From the NCBI GenBank assembly GCA_951406725.2, contig OX597819.1:94178001-94242000 (forward strand): 64,000 bases of DNA, in the 5' to 3' direction. This document shows positions 39,247-53,127 of this stretch, in pieces (within the stretch, counting starts at the first letter, position 1; the number at the start of each line of letters is the position of its first letter). A model generated the notes under the pieces. The model did not search any database and was not told the DNA's origin. It was given only the letters and a program-made list of their open reading frames with translations. The translations under genes were made by a program, and so were the position numbers. This DNA is from Octopus vulgaris (lineage: Eukaryota).

Positions 39247-40033
39247 GGTCTGATCAATAAGTATCATGACTGTTGTCATAGCAACGAAGCTAAAGCATGC
39301 AGAATAAAGTTGCTCAGCACAGATTGATCTTGAACTCTATTGTGCATGTGCACTAAGTTTTAACGTACTAGCTTGCTTCCACTGTTTACAGCAGTGCTTG
39401 GAAGGAAGGTGTGTAATGTGTGGTCATTGCATTAAACGTGACAGAAAGCTGAGCAGCGAATCTTGCCAAAAGCTTCGTGATACCTGCTCAGAAGCCTATG
39501 CAAAGTTTTCATCATTCTCGACACAATCAAGGTCTTGTGCAACTGAAACCCGAGTGTCTCTGTGGTCAGCTGAAAGCAGTTTTGGCACAAACTTGGCAGA
39601 CACGCGTCCCATACCCAATTACATGCTCTGATAGCTCACAGGTGGTGATTCAACGATTTCCCCTCACAGCTGCACATGCATCTGCAATGCTTTTCTCTGT
39701 TCTGCTGGTTGCAAGTCTCCCAGAACGTTCGTCAATATCGACCATCTTGGAAAAGTCTGAAACACTCGTACACTTGTATGTGGCTCATCCACCCTTCTCC
39801 ATACACTTTCTGCAACTTTGTGTAGGCCTCTGAGTAGGTATCACCATGATAACTTTCTCTGTCATGATCAATGCTATACACCTTCCTTCCAAGCACTGCT
39901 GTAAACAGCGGATGCAAGCTAGAACGTTAAAACTTAGTGCACATGCACAACAGAGATGAAGGTGGCTTTGCTTTGCGTGCTTTAGCTTCATTAATATGGC
40001 AACAGTCTGGATACTTATTGATCAGACTTCGTA
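39247..40033. mobile_element. non-autonomous mariner derivative built from two inverted 5' ends
   Basis: Termini GGTCTGATCAATAAGTATC / GATACTTATTGATCAGACTTCGTA. Minus-strand remnants SEAYTKLQKVYGEGWMSHIQVYECFRLFQDGR, DERSGRLATS and RVSAKFVPKLLS. Confidence 0.85.
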
Positions 40034-40049
40034 TATATACATATATATA

Positions 40050-40094
<45 letters not shown>

Positions 40095-40244
40095 GCACAC
40101 ACACACACACAGATAATATCTGTGTTGCTGTTCATATATAATTATTTTTTCTCAAAGCCATATTCTTTGTATCGTTGGATATAAAAAGATTAAACCTATA
40201 GAAAATTGAAATTGTCATATATCTGTGTTTGTGTATATACAAAG

Positions 40245-40277
<33 letters not shown>

Positions 40278-43169
40278 TTATAATATATATTACATATGTA
40301 TTACATGTGTGTACGTGTACATGTGTGTGTACAGGCTTTTTAAAATTTTTTGTTTATTTGTTCATTGGCATTATTAACATTCATTGATATCACTATCTAA
40401 GTTATGAATCGAAGGAAATTTTCTTTTAATATTTTCAATGTAATGGATTAACACACACACATACACACACGCGCGTGTGCGTGCATACATGTATATGTGC
40501 ATGCAAAACTATTGATTGAATATTGTGTTAATATTGTTAATAACAGTGTTTTTAATATTAGCTGTATAATATTGTATAATGTGAAAAAAAAGATACTCAT
40601 ATAAAATTGTTCAATATTATATCAAATCATTAACTGAAAAAATACTTTAACTAAATGTTATTTATTTCTCTTTTTCATTTTCATTATTTTATTTATTCTT
40701 CCATTTATTCTCTTGTCATTTTTCTTGTCTTTTTTTTATTACCATGTTTATCTAAACTGTTCTTTTGATGAATGATTATATTGTGACATTCAGAAATATT
40801 TCTAGTAGAAATTGTAATATTTTTTTATTATTATGATTACTAACAACACATCTATTGTTTTCTTTCTTTTTACTCTTCAGCATAATTTTGTTTTAAGTTT
40901 TTTTGTTTGTTTGTTTTTACAAAAGTTCATGGTAAACATTTCAATAATTATAAATAAAACATTATTATTTCTAGTATAAGCATTAAGCCACAAACACTGG
41001 ATGGAGGAAAAGTCAACTTACTTGACCTCAATATTTGACTGGTACATGTTTTATTGATTTTCAACAGGTTTTTGTCATTTAATTTTTCAAGATTTGGATT
41101 CAGATAATTGGATTCAAAGTCCACAGTGCAACAACAAATCAAAACAACACTGAAACATTATAAGAGATAAAGAATATTAAGTTTAAATACTCTGTCAACT
41201 GAGACATGTATTTTTCTGGAGGTGATAACTTTCTTTCTATCTGTTTGCTGAGCCTTAACACAGGGTAGACTGCAGGAAATTTAAGATTGTAGAAAACACA
41301 GATTTTAATGACAATGAGAACCCAGAGCAATCAGAGCTGTTCCAGGTGAAATTTGGTCTGAGATTTAGTAATGGTTAAGCTGAAAGAGGAAAGGTTGCAC
41401 ACATGCCTGGTGGGGTAGGGAGGAAATTACTCTTAGAGACCAGAGATCTAGACTGAATTCTTGCAGCAGAGTGGGCTATACTAAAGGTACTCCAAAAGAG
41501 AAAAACAGGTGTCTAAAGACTCAGAAAGGCTAAAAATATATTTCATCAAAGACACTTAGAGCCAGGTTGGTAATGTTAAGTCAAGCAAAGAATAAAGTGT
41601 AACACTGTGATAAAGAAGGCTTTAACATAATTCTGTAAGCTAATGAAATGCTTATAATACAATGCTGCAGTCCATCCATCTAAGAATAGATACCTTGTGT
41701 TACCTATATATAGATAAGATAAAATAGATAGACTGGACTGACAAGAGTTAAATACATTGGCTGTAGACACTGCACAGCAATAGTGACAAGATACAAACCA
41801 TTAATCCATCAGATGGAAATTCAACACTCAATTCAGTTATATGTAGCTGTCAAGGGAAAGAGTTTCAAAAAATATCTCCTGGACATGTATTTATGCTGTA
41901 GTTAAAATAACACTAAGGCTAAATTCTTTATTCTAAAATCAGAATATTTTTAAGTAAGCCAATTATTTTTAATTCAAAATACTATGTTTAAGATATCTAA
42001 GTAGATATTTCCTAAAACCATAAAGTGATTATTTTAAGGTCAAAAGATTAATCATGTTGTTAAAATGAAAACTTCCATATTAGTATATCTTTTTTTTTGT
42101 TGCAAAAGTGTTTTTCAGTCAGAGGTAAGGATAGGAAAGCGTCCATCTTACAGTTAACTCTAACCTTAAATTGTGCACCTGAAGGGAAATACTTATCACC
42201 AAAATTCAGGAAGTTGTTGATATTTTTCGTAACTTTTAGACAGTTTGAAAAAAAACAGCATTTAAATTCATTGTTTTCTTTTTATAAAATGAACACTGAA
42301 TCATTGTGGATGGATGGGTAACACACAAACAAACACAAATATACTATAGTATGTACACCTTCACCAAATGAAAGCATTTCATATCAATAGGTATTAATTA
42401 CCAGGCTTTGTTAATGGTAAGAGATAAATGTTTACAATACTTTCCACCTCAAAAACTTTCACTTAACAAAAATAAGTAGAAAAGTCAAAACAGCTGGTGA
42501 CAATTCAGTTTCCATTCTCCACTCATCTATTTCTATAACTTCTTCCCTCCCTCCTCATCCTATCTTTCTTGAATCTTTTTCTTCCTTCTCTTCCACTCCT
42601 TGTTTCATCTCCTTTGTAGAGTTCTAATGATTTTACCCAAAGATGAAATTAAGAATATAGAAACACTTCAGACTATTATTGATAATTTAGGAACTAAGAA
42701 AGAAGAAAATATTTCATTCTGAAGTAATTAGGCAACATTGATTGGAAGTCAATGAGATGATCAAAATCTTTAGTTCATACTCTTTCCACTTCTCTCACCC
42801 TCTTAATGTCTAACTTCTCTCTCTCTCTCCCTCCCTCCCTCCCTCTCTCTCTCTCTCTCTTAAACATATATATATAGGTATATGAGATTCAGTTCAGTGT
42901 TACCCTGTGTATTTGAAGAGTGCACTTAGCTGTGTGTGTACCTTAATTCACTTGATTGCTAAGAATATGCACCAGATGTAATCATTCTACCTGCCCTAAA
43001 TTTTATACCCTACCCAATTTGAATCTAAAAAGCTCTGAATATCTTAGGGCTTTGGTAAAGGATATTTGCCCAAGATGTCCTGCAATGAGATCCAACCAGG
43101 AATCTTATGACTATGAAACAAGCATCTTAGCTAGTTAGACATACTTTCAGCTACATATATGTATGTATG

Positions 43170-43228
<59 letters not shown>

Positions 43229-43230
<2 letters not shown>

Positions 43231-43306
43231 ATATATATATATATATAAAATTTAAAATAATAAGGGATGTCTTTTCCTTGTTTGCAAGACATCCCTTATT
43301 ATTTTA

Positions 43307-43330
<24 letters not shown>
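43229..43330. repeat. perfect hairpin palindrome embedded in (TA)n
   Basis: TATAAAATTTAAAATAATAAGGGATGTCTT, a 12-nt loop, then AAGACATCCCTTATTATTTTAAATTTTATA. Confidence 0.9.
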
Positions 43331-43350
<20 letters not shown>

Positions 43351-43351
<1 letters not shown>

Positions 43352-43736
43352 CTTCTATCTTTTACTTGTTTCAATCACTGGACTGTATCCATGCTGGGTC
43401 AGCACCTTCAGGATTTAGTTGAACAAATTGAACCCAGGACTTATTTTTAAGTTTGGTACTTAATCTGCCAGCCTTCTTTAGGTGAATGGCAATATCCCAA
43501 GGATGTAAACAAACCAGCATTGGTAGTTAAGTGGTGCAGGAAGACAAAAACAGAGACATAGAGACACACGTATGTTGGGTTTCCACATAGTTCCTGTTTA
43601 TCAAATTCAGTCACAAAGCATTGGTTCACCTAGGGCTATAATAGAAGACACTTACCCAAGGTACTGTGCAGTGAGACTGAACCTAAAACTACATGGTTAC
43701 AAAGTGAGTTTCTTAACCATACAGCCATACCTGCAC
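43351..43736 (-). mobile_element. SINE family A, old diverged copy
   Basis: Colinear with the family A reverse complement from tail to head. Confidence 0.75.
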
Positions 43737-43753
43737 TTATATATATATAAGCA

Positions 43754-43791
<38 letters not shown>

Positions 43792-44090
43792 AGCACACAA
43801 AATTTGTTGTAGCTCACCCACTAATGTTAAACAATACAAAATTACAAAACAATACACATACATATACTCACACATATACATATGGATAGATATACATACA
43901 ATTTTTTTAATATATATCATATGATGTGGTATGTTAATAAATATTTTAACATTTATCTTAAAGGCCCACTAAATGCTTTCTTACTAAAATCCTGATATAC
44001 ATTCTGATATCTGCATACACACACCACATATGTGATACAAACATATATCATAGATACATACATACAAATATATATGTGTGTGTGTGTGTG

Positions 44091-44136
<46 letters not shown>

Positions 44137-44159
44137 CACATATACATACATAAATATAA

Positions 44160-44194
<35 letters not shown>

Positions 44195-44727
44195 TATATA
44201 TATATATATTTATATGTGTGTGTGTATATATATATAAAGTTTTTTTTCTTTTGTAGGTATAACAAAACATTGTGATGTGAATTCATGTAGGGTTTAAATT
44301 ATGCTATTGAATAAATCAAAGAAAAAAAAAGAAAATTGATCAATCTTTGTTGCTGTCTCTGTTCTTACTGTTTCTTTTTTGATTTTTTTTTTTTTTCCAT
44401 TTTTCTAACTTTAAAAATGTCTGTGTTGTTGAGTTACTTGTTTATTTCCCTGTTTTGCTCTCTTTTATTATTCTAAGATTGTTCTGCAGAAATCTTTATC
44501 TGATAAATGTACATTCTCGCAGTTAATATCTATTCTCATTATTGATTTCATAAAAAACATGCACATACACACTCACACCTACACACACACACACACTCAC
44601 TAACATTCACTTCTTAACACCCACACATAAAGCAACACATAAACATACACTTATATACATGCGGATATTTATATATACACATATATATACATATATATGT
44701 GTATATATATATATATATATGCATACC

Positions 44728-44770
<43 letters not shown>

Positions 44771-47488
44771 ATACAGTAAATGTATATATTTTTCATATAT
44801 TTAGAAACTCATTGGCATACACATGAACACATACATTTATGATCATTTATATGACTGTCTATATATATATATATGTGTGTATATATGTGTATATATGTGT
44901 CTATATATATATATAAACACATATACATATATATATCAATTTATATATATATATATATGTATATACACATACATATGTATATATATATATATATAAATAT
45001 ATATATACATGCATATATACATATATATGCACATATATATACACCCACCCACAAACATGCATACACACACATGCACACATACACACACACGTACATAGGG
45101 AACCAGTAGTTGCCTCACACCTCTGTTACTCGAAGTTTCATACACATGAGAGGTTTACCTGATTCACAACATATTTTCTGATTAATCTCATGTATATTTT
45201 ACATGTGTGAAACTCTGAATATCAATCAAGGGAATCAACAACTGAATCCCAATAAATATATTACTCTACACCATTTATCCAGTACTCTTTTCTTTGACAC
45301 ACATGTGTACGTATATATATGTGTGTGTGTCTGTGTGTGTGTGTGTGTGCTTGTACATTCACATATATCACATCATGTATGTGTGTATTTATGAACATAC
45401 ATGATACTAAAATGTTTATGCCCCCCATCAATATGTATATATTTATATATTCATATACACAGGTGAACATGCATTTACATGTGGTCATGTGCATGAGTGC
45501 TTGTACAAATGCATATTTATACACACATATGTATACACATTATGTGTGTGTGCATGTGTGTGTGTGTATGTGTATGTGTGTGTGTGTGTGTGTGTGTGAA
45601 TGTATGTATGTATATATTTACATCAAAATGGATATGAACGTTGAAGAATTAAGACTTACACATACGCATATAAACTCTCATACAGACACAAATTCACACA
45701 AACTTTCAAATTTCTCTTTCAGCTTGTTTTATTGATTATTGACCTGTGTTAGCATTTGATTGTTTGATAGTGTTTCAACAATAAACCAATATATATAAAA
45801 TACAACCAATGAAAATAAACAAATGAATAAATGAATGATTCTGTTTCTTATTTTCAGTTTTTTCAATATTTACATGATTATGCCAGAGCCGGCAGAGTGA
45901 CGGTTGAAATGCATTGTGGCATTTAGCTTCTTACCGTTTATACCTTTTATAATGTAACATCCTGCTGAGGTCAACTTTGCCTTTGATCCATGTAGGGGTG
46001 GGGGGGATAAAAGAAGTACCAGTCATACACTGGCTCTGATCTAATCGGTTTTAACCATCCCTCACTTTTGAGTCTTTGTTCTTTTGTAACAAGTCAATAA
46101 TATTTATGTAATTTTTTTTATTGAAGATCCTTGAAAGCTAGTATATTTGGCAAGGTGGGGCAGTTGTTTTTTCTTCTTTCAGCTTTCTTTTCTTATTTCT
46201 TCCTTCGTCTGTTCTTCCTTTGTCTGTTTTTCTTCCCATGTATTTTCTGTGTTACTTGATTTTCTTTTTTCTTTGTTTTAATTATAGTCTTGTTGTTTTG
46301 TTTTTCTCAAGTTTTTCCTTTATCATTTTATTCTTCTTTTTAAAAAATATTCCTTTTATCTTCCTTGTTTCTAGTTAATTCTTTATCTTTTGTCCTTTTT
46401 TCCTGTTTTATTTTATTTTTTGTCTTCTACTGTTGCTCCTATTCTTTGTCATATTACTTTTTTTCTCTCCTTCCCATTCTCTTTCCTCTTCTTCTGCTAA
46501 GCAGCCTGTTATATATATAAATATATATTTACAATGCAATAATAATTTTCCATTTTTGACATTCTTTTCCCACAGGTAAAAAATAAAAAGAAGGTAAAAT
46601 TTTTGATTAACTGTGCCTAAAAGACAAAATACACTACAACTATTAAACATACAACAGTTACCCCCCACCCAACAACCAACACCACTACTCTAATTATTGC
46701 CGATACTAACATCATTACTATTGGAAATTAATTAGTAAATAAGGGACTTCCTATTTAGTCATTTGAGCCGCTAGAAATAATAGCTAAAATCTTTCTCAAA
46801 TCACACCCTAACATTAAAAACAACAAAACATATTAAAAATGTTATCCTAGGTAAATTATGTTTGAGAAAAAGATAGGTTGGTCAAAGTTTGAATGCCTCT
46901 GATCATTGGTTCCCTAGATCAGAACTAACTTGATGGTTATGACAAAAGAATAGCAAAATCTACCTGAAACTACTTAGATTTATACAGTAAAAGTGATAAG
47001 GAGTTCGTTTTAATGGAATGTACTAGGGCATTATTAAAAAGAAGATTAAAAATATACAAATAACATAAAATGGATTAAAGAATCTACCATTTAAAATTTA
47101 AGAAATTTTTTGCTTTAAGAAGGGTATCCAGTCATAGAAACCAATCCTGCAGCTTAATGGATCCTGTCAAACTGTCCAACCCATGTCAGCATAGAAATTG
47201 GATATTAAATTAAGGTGATGAAGATGACACTCCTAGATATATAGATAAAGATATTTGTGCATGCGAGTGTGAGTGAGTGTGTGTGTGTGAGGGTGTGTGT
47301 GAGTGAGTGTGTGAGTGTAAAATGGTTCACATTAAGAAGGGCATCCAGTCAGAAACCATGACAAAACTGAGACAAGATATCAACCTCAGATCCATTGCAG
47401 CTTGTCTAACCAATTAACCCGTTCCAGCATGAAAACTAGACATAAGATTGATGATGATGAGGATGAGGAGGAGGATATATATATATGT

Positions 47489-47624
47489 ATCATCATCATC
47501 GTTTAACATCCGTTTTCCATGCTAGCATGGATTGGATGGTTTGACCGGGCTATGGGAAGCCAGGAGGCTGCACCAGGCTCCAGTCTGATCTGGCAGTGTT
47601 TCTACAGCTGGTTGCCCATCCTAA
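47489..47624 (-). mobile_element. SINE family B, 3' part
   Basis: CATCATCGTTTAACATCCGTTTTCCATGCTAGCATGG...; two decayed plus-strand B tails lie just upstream (~47120-47225, ~47335-47460). Confidence 0.8.
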
Positions 47625-48255
47625 TATATATATATATATATATATACACACCTATAGCACATATGTAAATAGATGTGATATAACTGGAATATATGTATAT
47701 TATTTCTGAATATTTACCTTTCTATGACAAGAATATTGCTTCACCAGAATTTAACACCAAGGAATAACTTAACCTAATTTGTATTTTGGTGGGAGAAAAT
47801 TTCAATTAGACGTTGGCTATTTTCTACTATATTTCTGTTATAGAGTCCCACTGTAATTGTCAGCATTAAATATTTATTAACCACTCCTTTCATAATTTGC
47901 AAGTTTTCTTTTCTGAAAATACTGCAGTACATAGTTTTAATATAGAAAAATAGCTTATAAACAGAAACATGCACAAACAACTGTGCTTGTGTATGTATAT
48001 ATTTCTGTATGTGTGTGTGTGTGCGTGCACGCACTGGTGCGTCAACACATACATACATACTTACATGCATACTTATATACACACACATGCACACACACAC
48101 ACACACATATATATATAAATGTATATATCCTTGGGTTATTTTAATACAAGATTAAGAGTGACAATGGAACTTTTAACTGAGGAGATGACTCTATCCTGCA
48201 AGTCAAATTTATCATAAGGTACAAGTTAGCTGGGACTTAGGAAAATGGACATTAA

Positions 48256-48287
<32 letters not shown>

Positions 48288-48307
48288 ATACATATATATA
48301 TATATAT

Positions 48308-48473
48308 ATATAATATGTGACAAATATTCAGTAGCCATGATAAAATTCCGAGTTTTGGATGTCAGGGCAGAAACCCACGCCACCATCTCTTCAGTTATCT
48401 GGCCATCGACATCCATAACTCAGAGTTTTATCATGGCTACCAAATAATTTTCACATATTATATTTACAGATAA
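48308..48473. repeat. 166-bp inverted-repeat element with decayed hammerhead on the minus strand
   Basis: ~55-bp arms ...GTAGCCATGATAAAATTCCGAGTTTTGGATGTC / GACATCCATAACTCAGAGTTTTATCATGGCTAC... Confidence 0.8.
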
Positions 48474-48879
48474 ATTCCTCAATTTACACTATCATTGTCA
48501 TCATCATCATCATCATCAACAGTCTTATGTCTGCTTTCTATACCAGCATGGCTTGCACTGAACTTTTACTTTTGTGGGTAATATTTTATGGATGGAGGCT
48601 CTCCTAATGCCAACCCATTAAATTATCTATGTAGGTATACAATATGGCTATTCTAAAAACAAGCCACACATTTTGATACCATCACATATTCATTAGACAA
48701 TTTTGGCAAAGTTCAGGTAATTATAAACATTTAAGCCAAATCACCACTGAATAATTTCATTCCTTTCACTAGGGGCCTTGCAAAGTATCATGGACTCTAC
48801 CCTTACTACTCTGGTTAAGCCATTAAAAATACATACATGTATGTTAATTTGTATCCAGCCATCTTCTTTGTCCACTATT

Positions 48880-49062
48880 CTTGGCATGGTTGTGGATGAA
48901 GAGCCCTCAGGTGTCTCCTCTATAGGGTCTCATCAGAAGCAGCCATCATTAGATTTTCCAGCTGGATTCCTAAGCATGGCCAACTGAGATTATGGATCTT
49001 AGCCAACCATCTTCTTGGTCTGCTCCTGGGTCTCCTGCCAGTTGGCTCAACTTGAAGAATCT
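48880..49062 (-). mobile_element. RTE LINE 3' fragment
   Basis: Minus translation ILQVEPTGRRPRSRPRRWLAKI resembles the RTE GxRPRGRPRxRW motif. Confidence 0.6.
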
Positions 49063-49423
49063 GTATACATTTAAAAATAATAATCTATTTCGGGGTTGCT
49101 AGTATTATCTGCCATAGTTTATTACTTATGTAGTTTTTAAAGGAAATATTTAGAGACCCATTATGTTGTTGTTTAGTCCCAGGCAAGCTATAATAGTGTA
49201 GATGTATGATCAAAAGCATTCCAGCAATGACCATCCTGAATTATATATTTGTATATATTTTTATAGCAGAAATGTATTTAACATACATATATATATCGCA
49301 TGACAGTTCTCAGCATGGTTAAGTTTAATATAATGCAATTAGTAATTAAGATTTCAAGTGGCTAGAGGCTTTTTCATGAACTTAGGCAGTAGTTAAATAA
49401 TATATAGTGCTATATATATATAG

Positions 49424-49476
<53 letters not shown>

Positions 49477-49525
49477 TATGTATGAGTATATATATGTGTG
49501 GGGGTGTATGTATGTATATATATAC

Positions 49526-49817
49526 ATGAGATCACAGGATCAACCAGACTATTGCATGTTATATATCACTGGTCACAATGTGCTTTGAATTGTTTTAGCT
49601 TTCAAATAGTGCCACCTCATTTGCTAGATGAGCCAATGAACACTCCCCCTGATCAGAAGGCTAGTTTTTCACGGGATTATGCAATTAAAAGTGAGTGCAC
49701 AAGAGCAATGGGGAAGTGTTTTGTGCAAGAACACAACACACCGCTTTTTCCAGGGATCAAACCCATGATCTGCCACTTATGAGTGCAACACTCTAACCAC
49801 TAGGTCACACACCTTCA
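49526..49817 (-). mobile_element. decayed tRNA-derived SINE (family E-like head)
   Basis: Minus head GTGACCTAGTGGTTAGAGTGTTGCACTC...GGTTTGATCCC. Confidence 0.6.
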
Positions 49818-49900
49818 ACACATATATATACACATACATGTACATACATATATGTACATATGCATATACACATATACATTTATATATATCTATATGTTTA

Positions 49901-50024
49901 CTGCACCAGGCTCCAGATAAGACTGGAGCCTGGTGCAGCCTTCTGGCTTCCCAGATCCCCGGTCGAACCGTCCAACCCATGCTAGCATGGAGAACGGACG
50001 TTAAACGATGATGATGATGATGAT
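49901..50024 (+). mobile_element. SINE family B 3' end with a short 5' inversion
   Basis: CTGGAGCCTGGTGCAG...GGACGTTAAACGATGATGATG, preceded by an inverted 16-mer. Confidence 0.85.
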
Positions 50025-50401
50025 GTATATATATATAAATATATACATATTCAATTAGAAGTTATGTTAGCCTCATCAAGGGATGGTGTCAGCCAAGGAA
50101 ATACTGGCTCACTACCTATTATTTTGGAAGAATTGATTTCCTTAAAATTATAGGTATATATGTAAAAACATATAGTTTATATTCATATAAAAGAAGAAAG
50201 AGAAGGATAAAGGGTATATTTTTTCCCCTTTGAAGATATTATGCTCAGGGCATATGAATTTAATATTTAATTAATTCACTGAGTTTTAATTGAACCAGCT
50301 TTAAGGAAGGGTGTTTGATTTGTTGTTAATAATAAACAATTATTAACTTCCCAATCTCCATTTTCTTTTTCTTCTTTTATATAAATGTGTGTGTGTGTGT
50401 G

Positions 50402-50555
50402 CAGAGGTGGACCAAAGTGGATGCCTGAGGGGCGCATGCCCCCACCCTGCTAAAGAAAAGAAGTGTGCCCTTCTAAATAATGTTATTACTTGTAATTTTA
50501 TTTAATAGTTGTGCCCTTCTGACCTTCCTTTGAAAAATTCCAGGGACTGCACTTG
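50402..50555. mobile_element. possible short MITE within (TG)n
   Basis: GC-rich insert CAGAGGTGGACC...AAATTCCAGGGACTGCACTTG with weak terminal complementarity. Confidence 0.35.
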
Positions 50556-50569
50556 GTGTGTGTGTGTGT

Positions 50570-50710
50570 GGAGGCATATTACTTAGTGGTTAGGGTGTTA
50601 CACTCATGATTGTAAGATTGTGGTTTTGATTCCTGGACCAGATCAGATGATACATTGTGTTCTTGAGCAAAACACTTCATTTTGTATTGCTCTAGTCTAC
50701 TCATCTGGCA
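50570..50710 (+). mobile_element. SINE family E, 5' part
   Basis: A-box-like CTTAGTGGTTAGG, B-box-like GGTTTTGATTCC, then TGTGTTCTTGAGCAAAACACTTCA. Confidence 0.7.
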
Positions 50711-51524
50711 GTGCCAAAGTTACTTCCATACTATTATTTCATGCAAATATCAAGAAGTTTGGACACAATAATCTTCCATGGATTTATATCATAATCATGG
50801 AACATTGCAATTTCAAACTTGCAATTTCAAACATTACAAACTTCAACAAAGGCCAGTTTAAGACTACTTTGTAATATAGTTTCATGGCACTACCCAGAAG
50901 TTTGGACAGAACGGTCTTCTGTGGATTTTTGTAATGTCTGTTGATGCTTGCCCTTGCTTCAACAACTACATCACAATTCTGCATTCACATATAAATACAT
51001 ATATATATAATAAAAGTCAAATTTTCTTGATTTTTAGGAAGCGTTTTAATTTTATATTTTACATTGTAACATATACATAGCATAATAATATAGTCATATA
51101 AACAAAGATGTTATGGTAAAATATTAATATCCTGAACTATAATTTAGCTCCGTATAATTTTAGTATCTACAGACAATTGAGGCTTCAGTTTTCTCCACTT
51201 CAGTTTCAGCTAGGCTCAACGATGGCCATTTGAAATGGCAATATTGATCTAGTATGTTTTTTTCAAATCTTCATTGTGTGCTTGAACAACCTTCAAAGTC
51301 TAGTCAGAAGATAGTTTTAACCTACTATATAATCACATTTAATATTGATTAATTTTTATCCAATAATTATTACGGCAAGGTATATCTTGTGTATATCTAT
51401 ACATATATACATGAATGTTTTTTTATATCAAGTTATATATATATAAACAAGTTAACATTAAACTGAAGGATTCCTTATTGCTTTTTTACAAGGAAAAGGT
51501 TGACATTCAACCTTTCCTTGTAAA

Positions 51525-51586
<62 letters not shown>

Positions 51587-51625
51587 GTATATGTGTGTGT
51601 ATATATGTGTGTGCATGTATATATA

Positions 51626-51658
<33 letters not shown>

Positions 51659-51717
51659 ATATACATGTACACACACCCATAGACACATACATACACACAT
51701 ACTTGTATATATATATG

Positions 51718-51770
<53 letters not shown>

Positions 51771-51772
51771 GC

Positions 51773-52040
51773 ATTTAAATGTCTTAGATATTTTTTTAAG
51801 TTAAGACAATGCAAGTTATGAATATTAATAAAACAGGTTGAGAATTTTATTACCTAGTATTTCAGTACCTTAGGGTTAGGGTCTCTTCTTCAGAAAATTT
51901 ACTGAGGAAAGATGTTGATAGCTAATATCTTAAAATAGAAATATTGAAATACCAGGTAATAAGACTAACCACCCAACTGTATTATTAATTTTTTATAACT
52001 TGTTTTGGTTTTGAAAGCAAATATTTAAAACATTTAGATA
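51773..52040. repeat. imperfect palindrome with two back-to-back degenerate hammerhead-like cores
   Basis: TTATTACCTAGTATTTCAGTA is mirrored by TATTGAAATACCAGGTAATAA, with CUGAAGA (minus) and CUGAGGA (plus) at the centre. Confidence 0.55.
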
Positions 52041-53083
52041 TATATATAAAAATGTATCAGACAATGCTTCATAAAAACTACACTACTATAAATATATATA
52101 TATATGTATGTATGCATATATATTTATACGCACACATGCACACACATATATGTATATGTATAGCTGTATTTAAATTCATATAAGTATATAGATTTACGAC
52201 AATCACACATATATATATTTTGTTTAATATTATTCATTAAATTCAAGTGGTGTTTCACCAAAATGCTACATCCTACATCCATCTTTCAATATTTCTGTAC
52301 TTCTATAAAACACAAGTTGGTATTTTTGTCTTTTTTGCACAGTATAATTTCTTCTTCAACCCTCAAGCTTTTTTAGAGTGAGCGCGATTATCAACCCTGG
52401 CCATTTTGTGTGCCATTTTGATTCCCTTTTTTTATCTAAACATTTTTTCCAAGTTTTTGGCTCTTACAACCTTAGTGCATGACACACGGTTTATCCTCAC
52501 AGCGCTGCTGCGTAGATGACCATACAATCCTGACGAGAAAAGTCAGTACTCAAGATATATTTTAATATATACATATATGAGCAAAATATTGTTTTTTGAT
52601 ATATATTTTTATTTCTCCTTCTCTACCTGTCCCATGATATGAGCCTGACTTTTCCCTGAAAAATATAACAAATGTTCATTTGCTAACATGTCCTGTAAAA
52701 TTTATCTAAAAAAAAGTATTATGCTTCTAAAGCAACATCTTAGCTATTAAATTTACAGTGCATTTTATCCATTTAGTTCTAGAATAATTTTAAATAATCT
52801 TAAATCATCTTAAATTTTTACCTGAGATTTTTCAATTGAGGAAAAAAAAATTTGTAAATATATTTAAAGTATATAAACATTAAACAGTGTTTAAAAACAT
52901 TAATATAATTATTTATATTTAAAAAATACATTATCAATTTGAGAAGGCATTTGCAAAAACTCAAAACTGTCAGTACAATTCATAATTTAGTATTTATTGT
53001 TTAAGTGTAAATTTCTTAAAATTTTGCGGTGAGATTTATTTTATTTTATTACCATTTACTCTTTCTTTCCTTAAATGATTTAA

Positions 53084-53127
<44 letters not shown>

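Noticed and set aside
51870-51881. TTAGGGTTAGGG telomeric repeat
   Set aside because: Only two units, compatible with chance.
52528-52548. CTGACGAGAAAA resembling a hammerhead core
   Set aside because: No stem II between the boxes; only a small hairpin.
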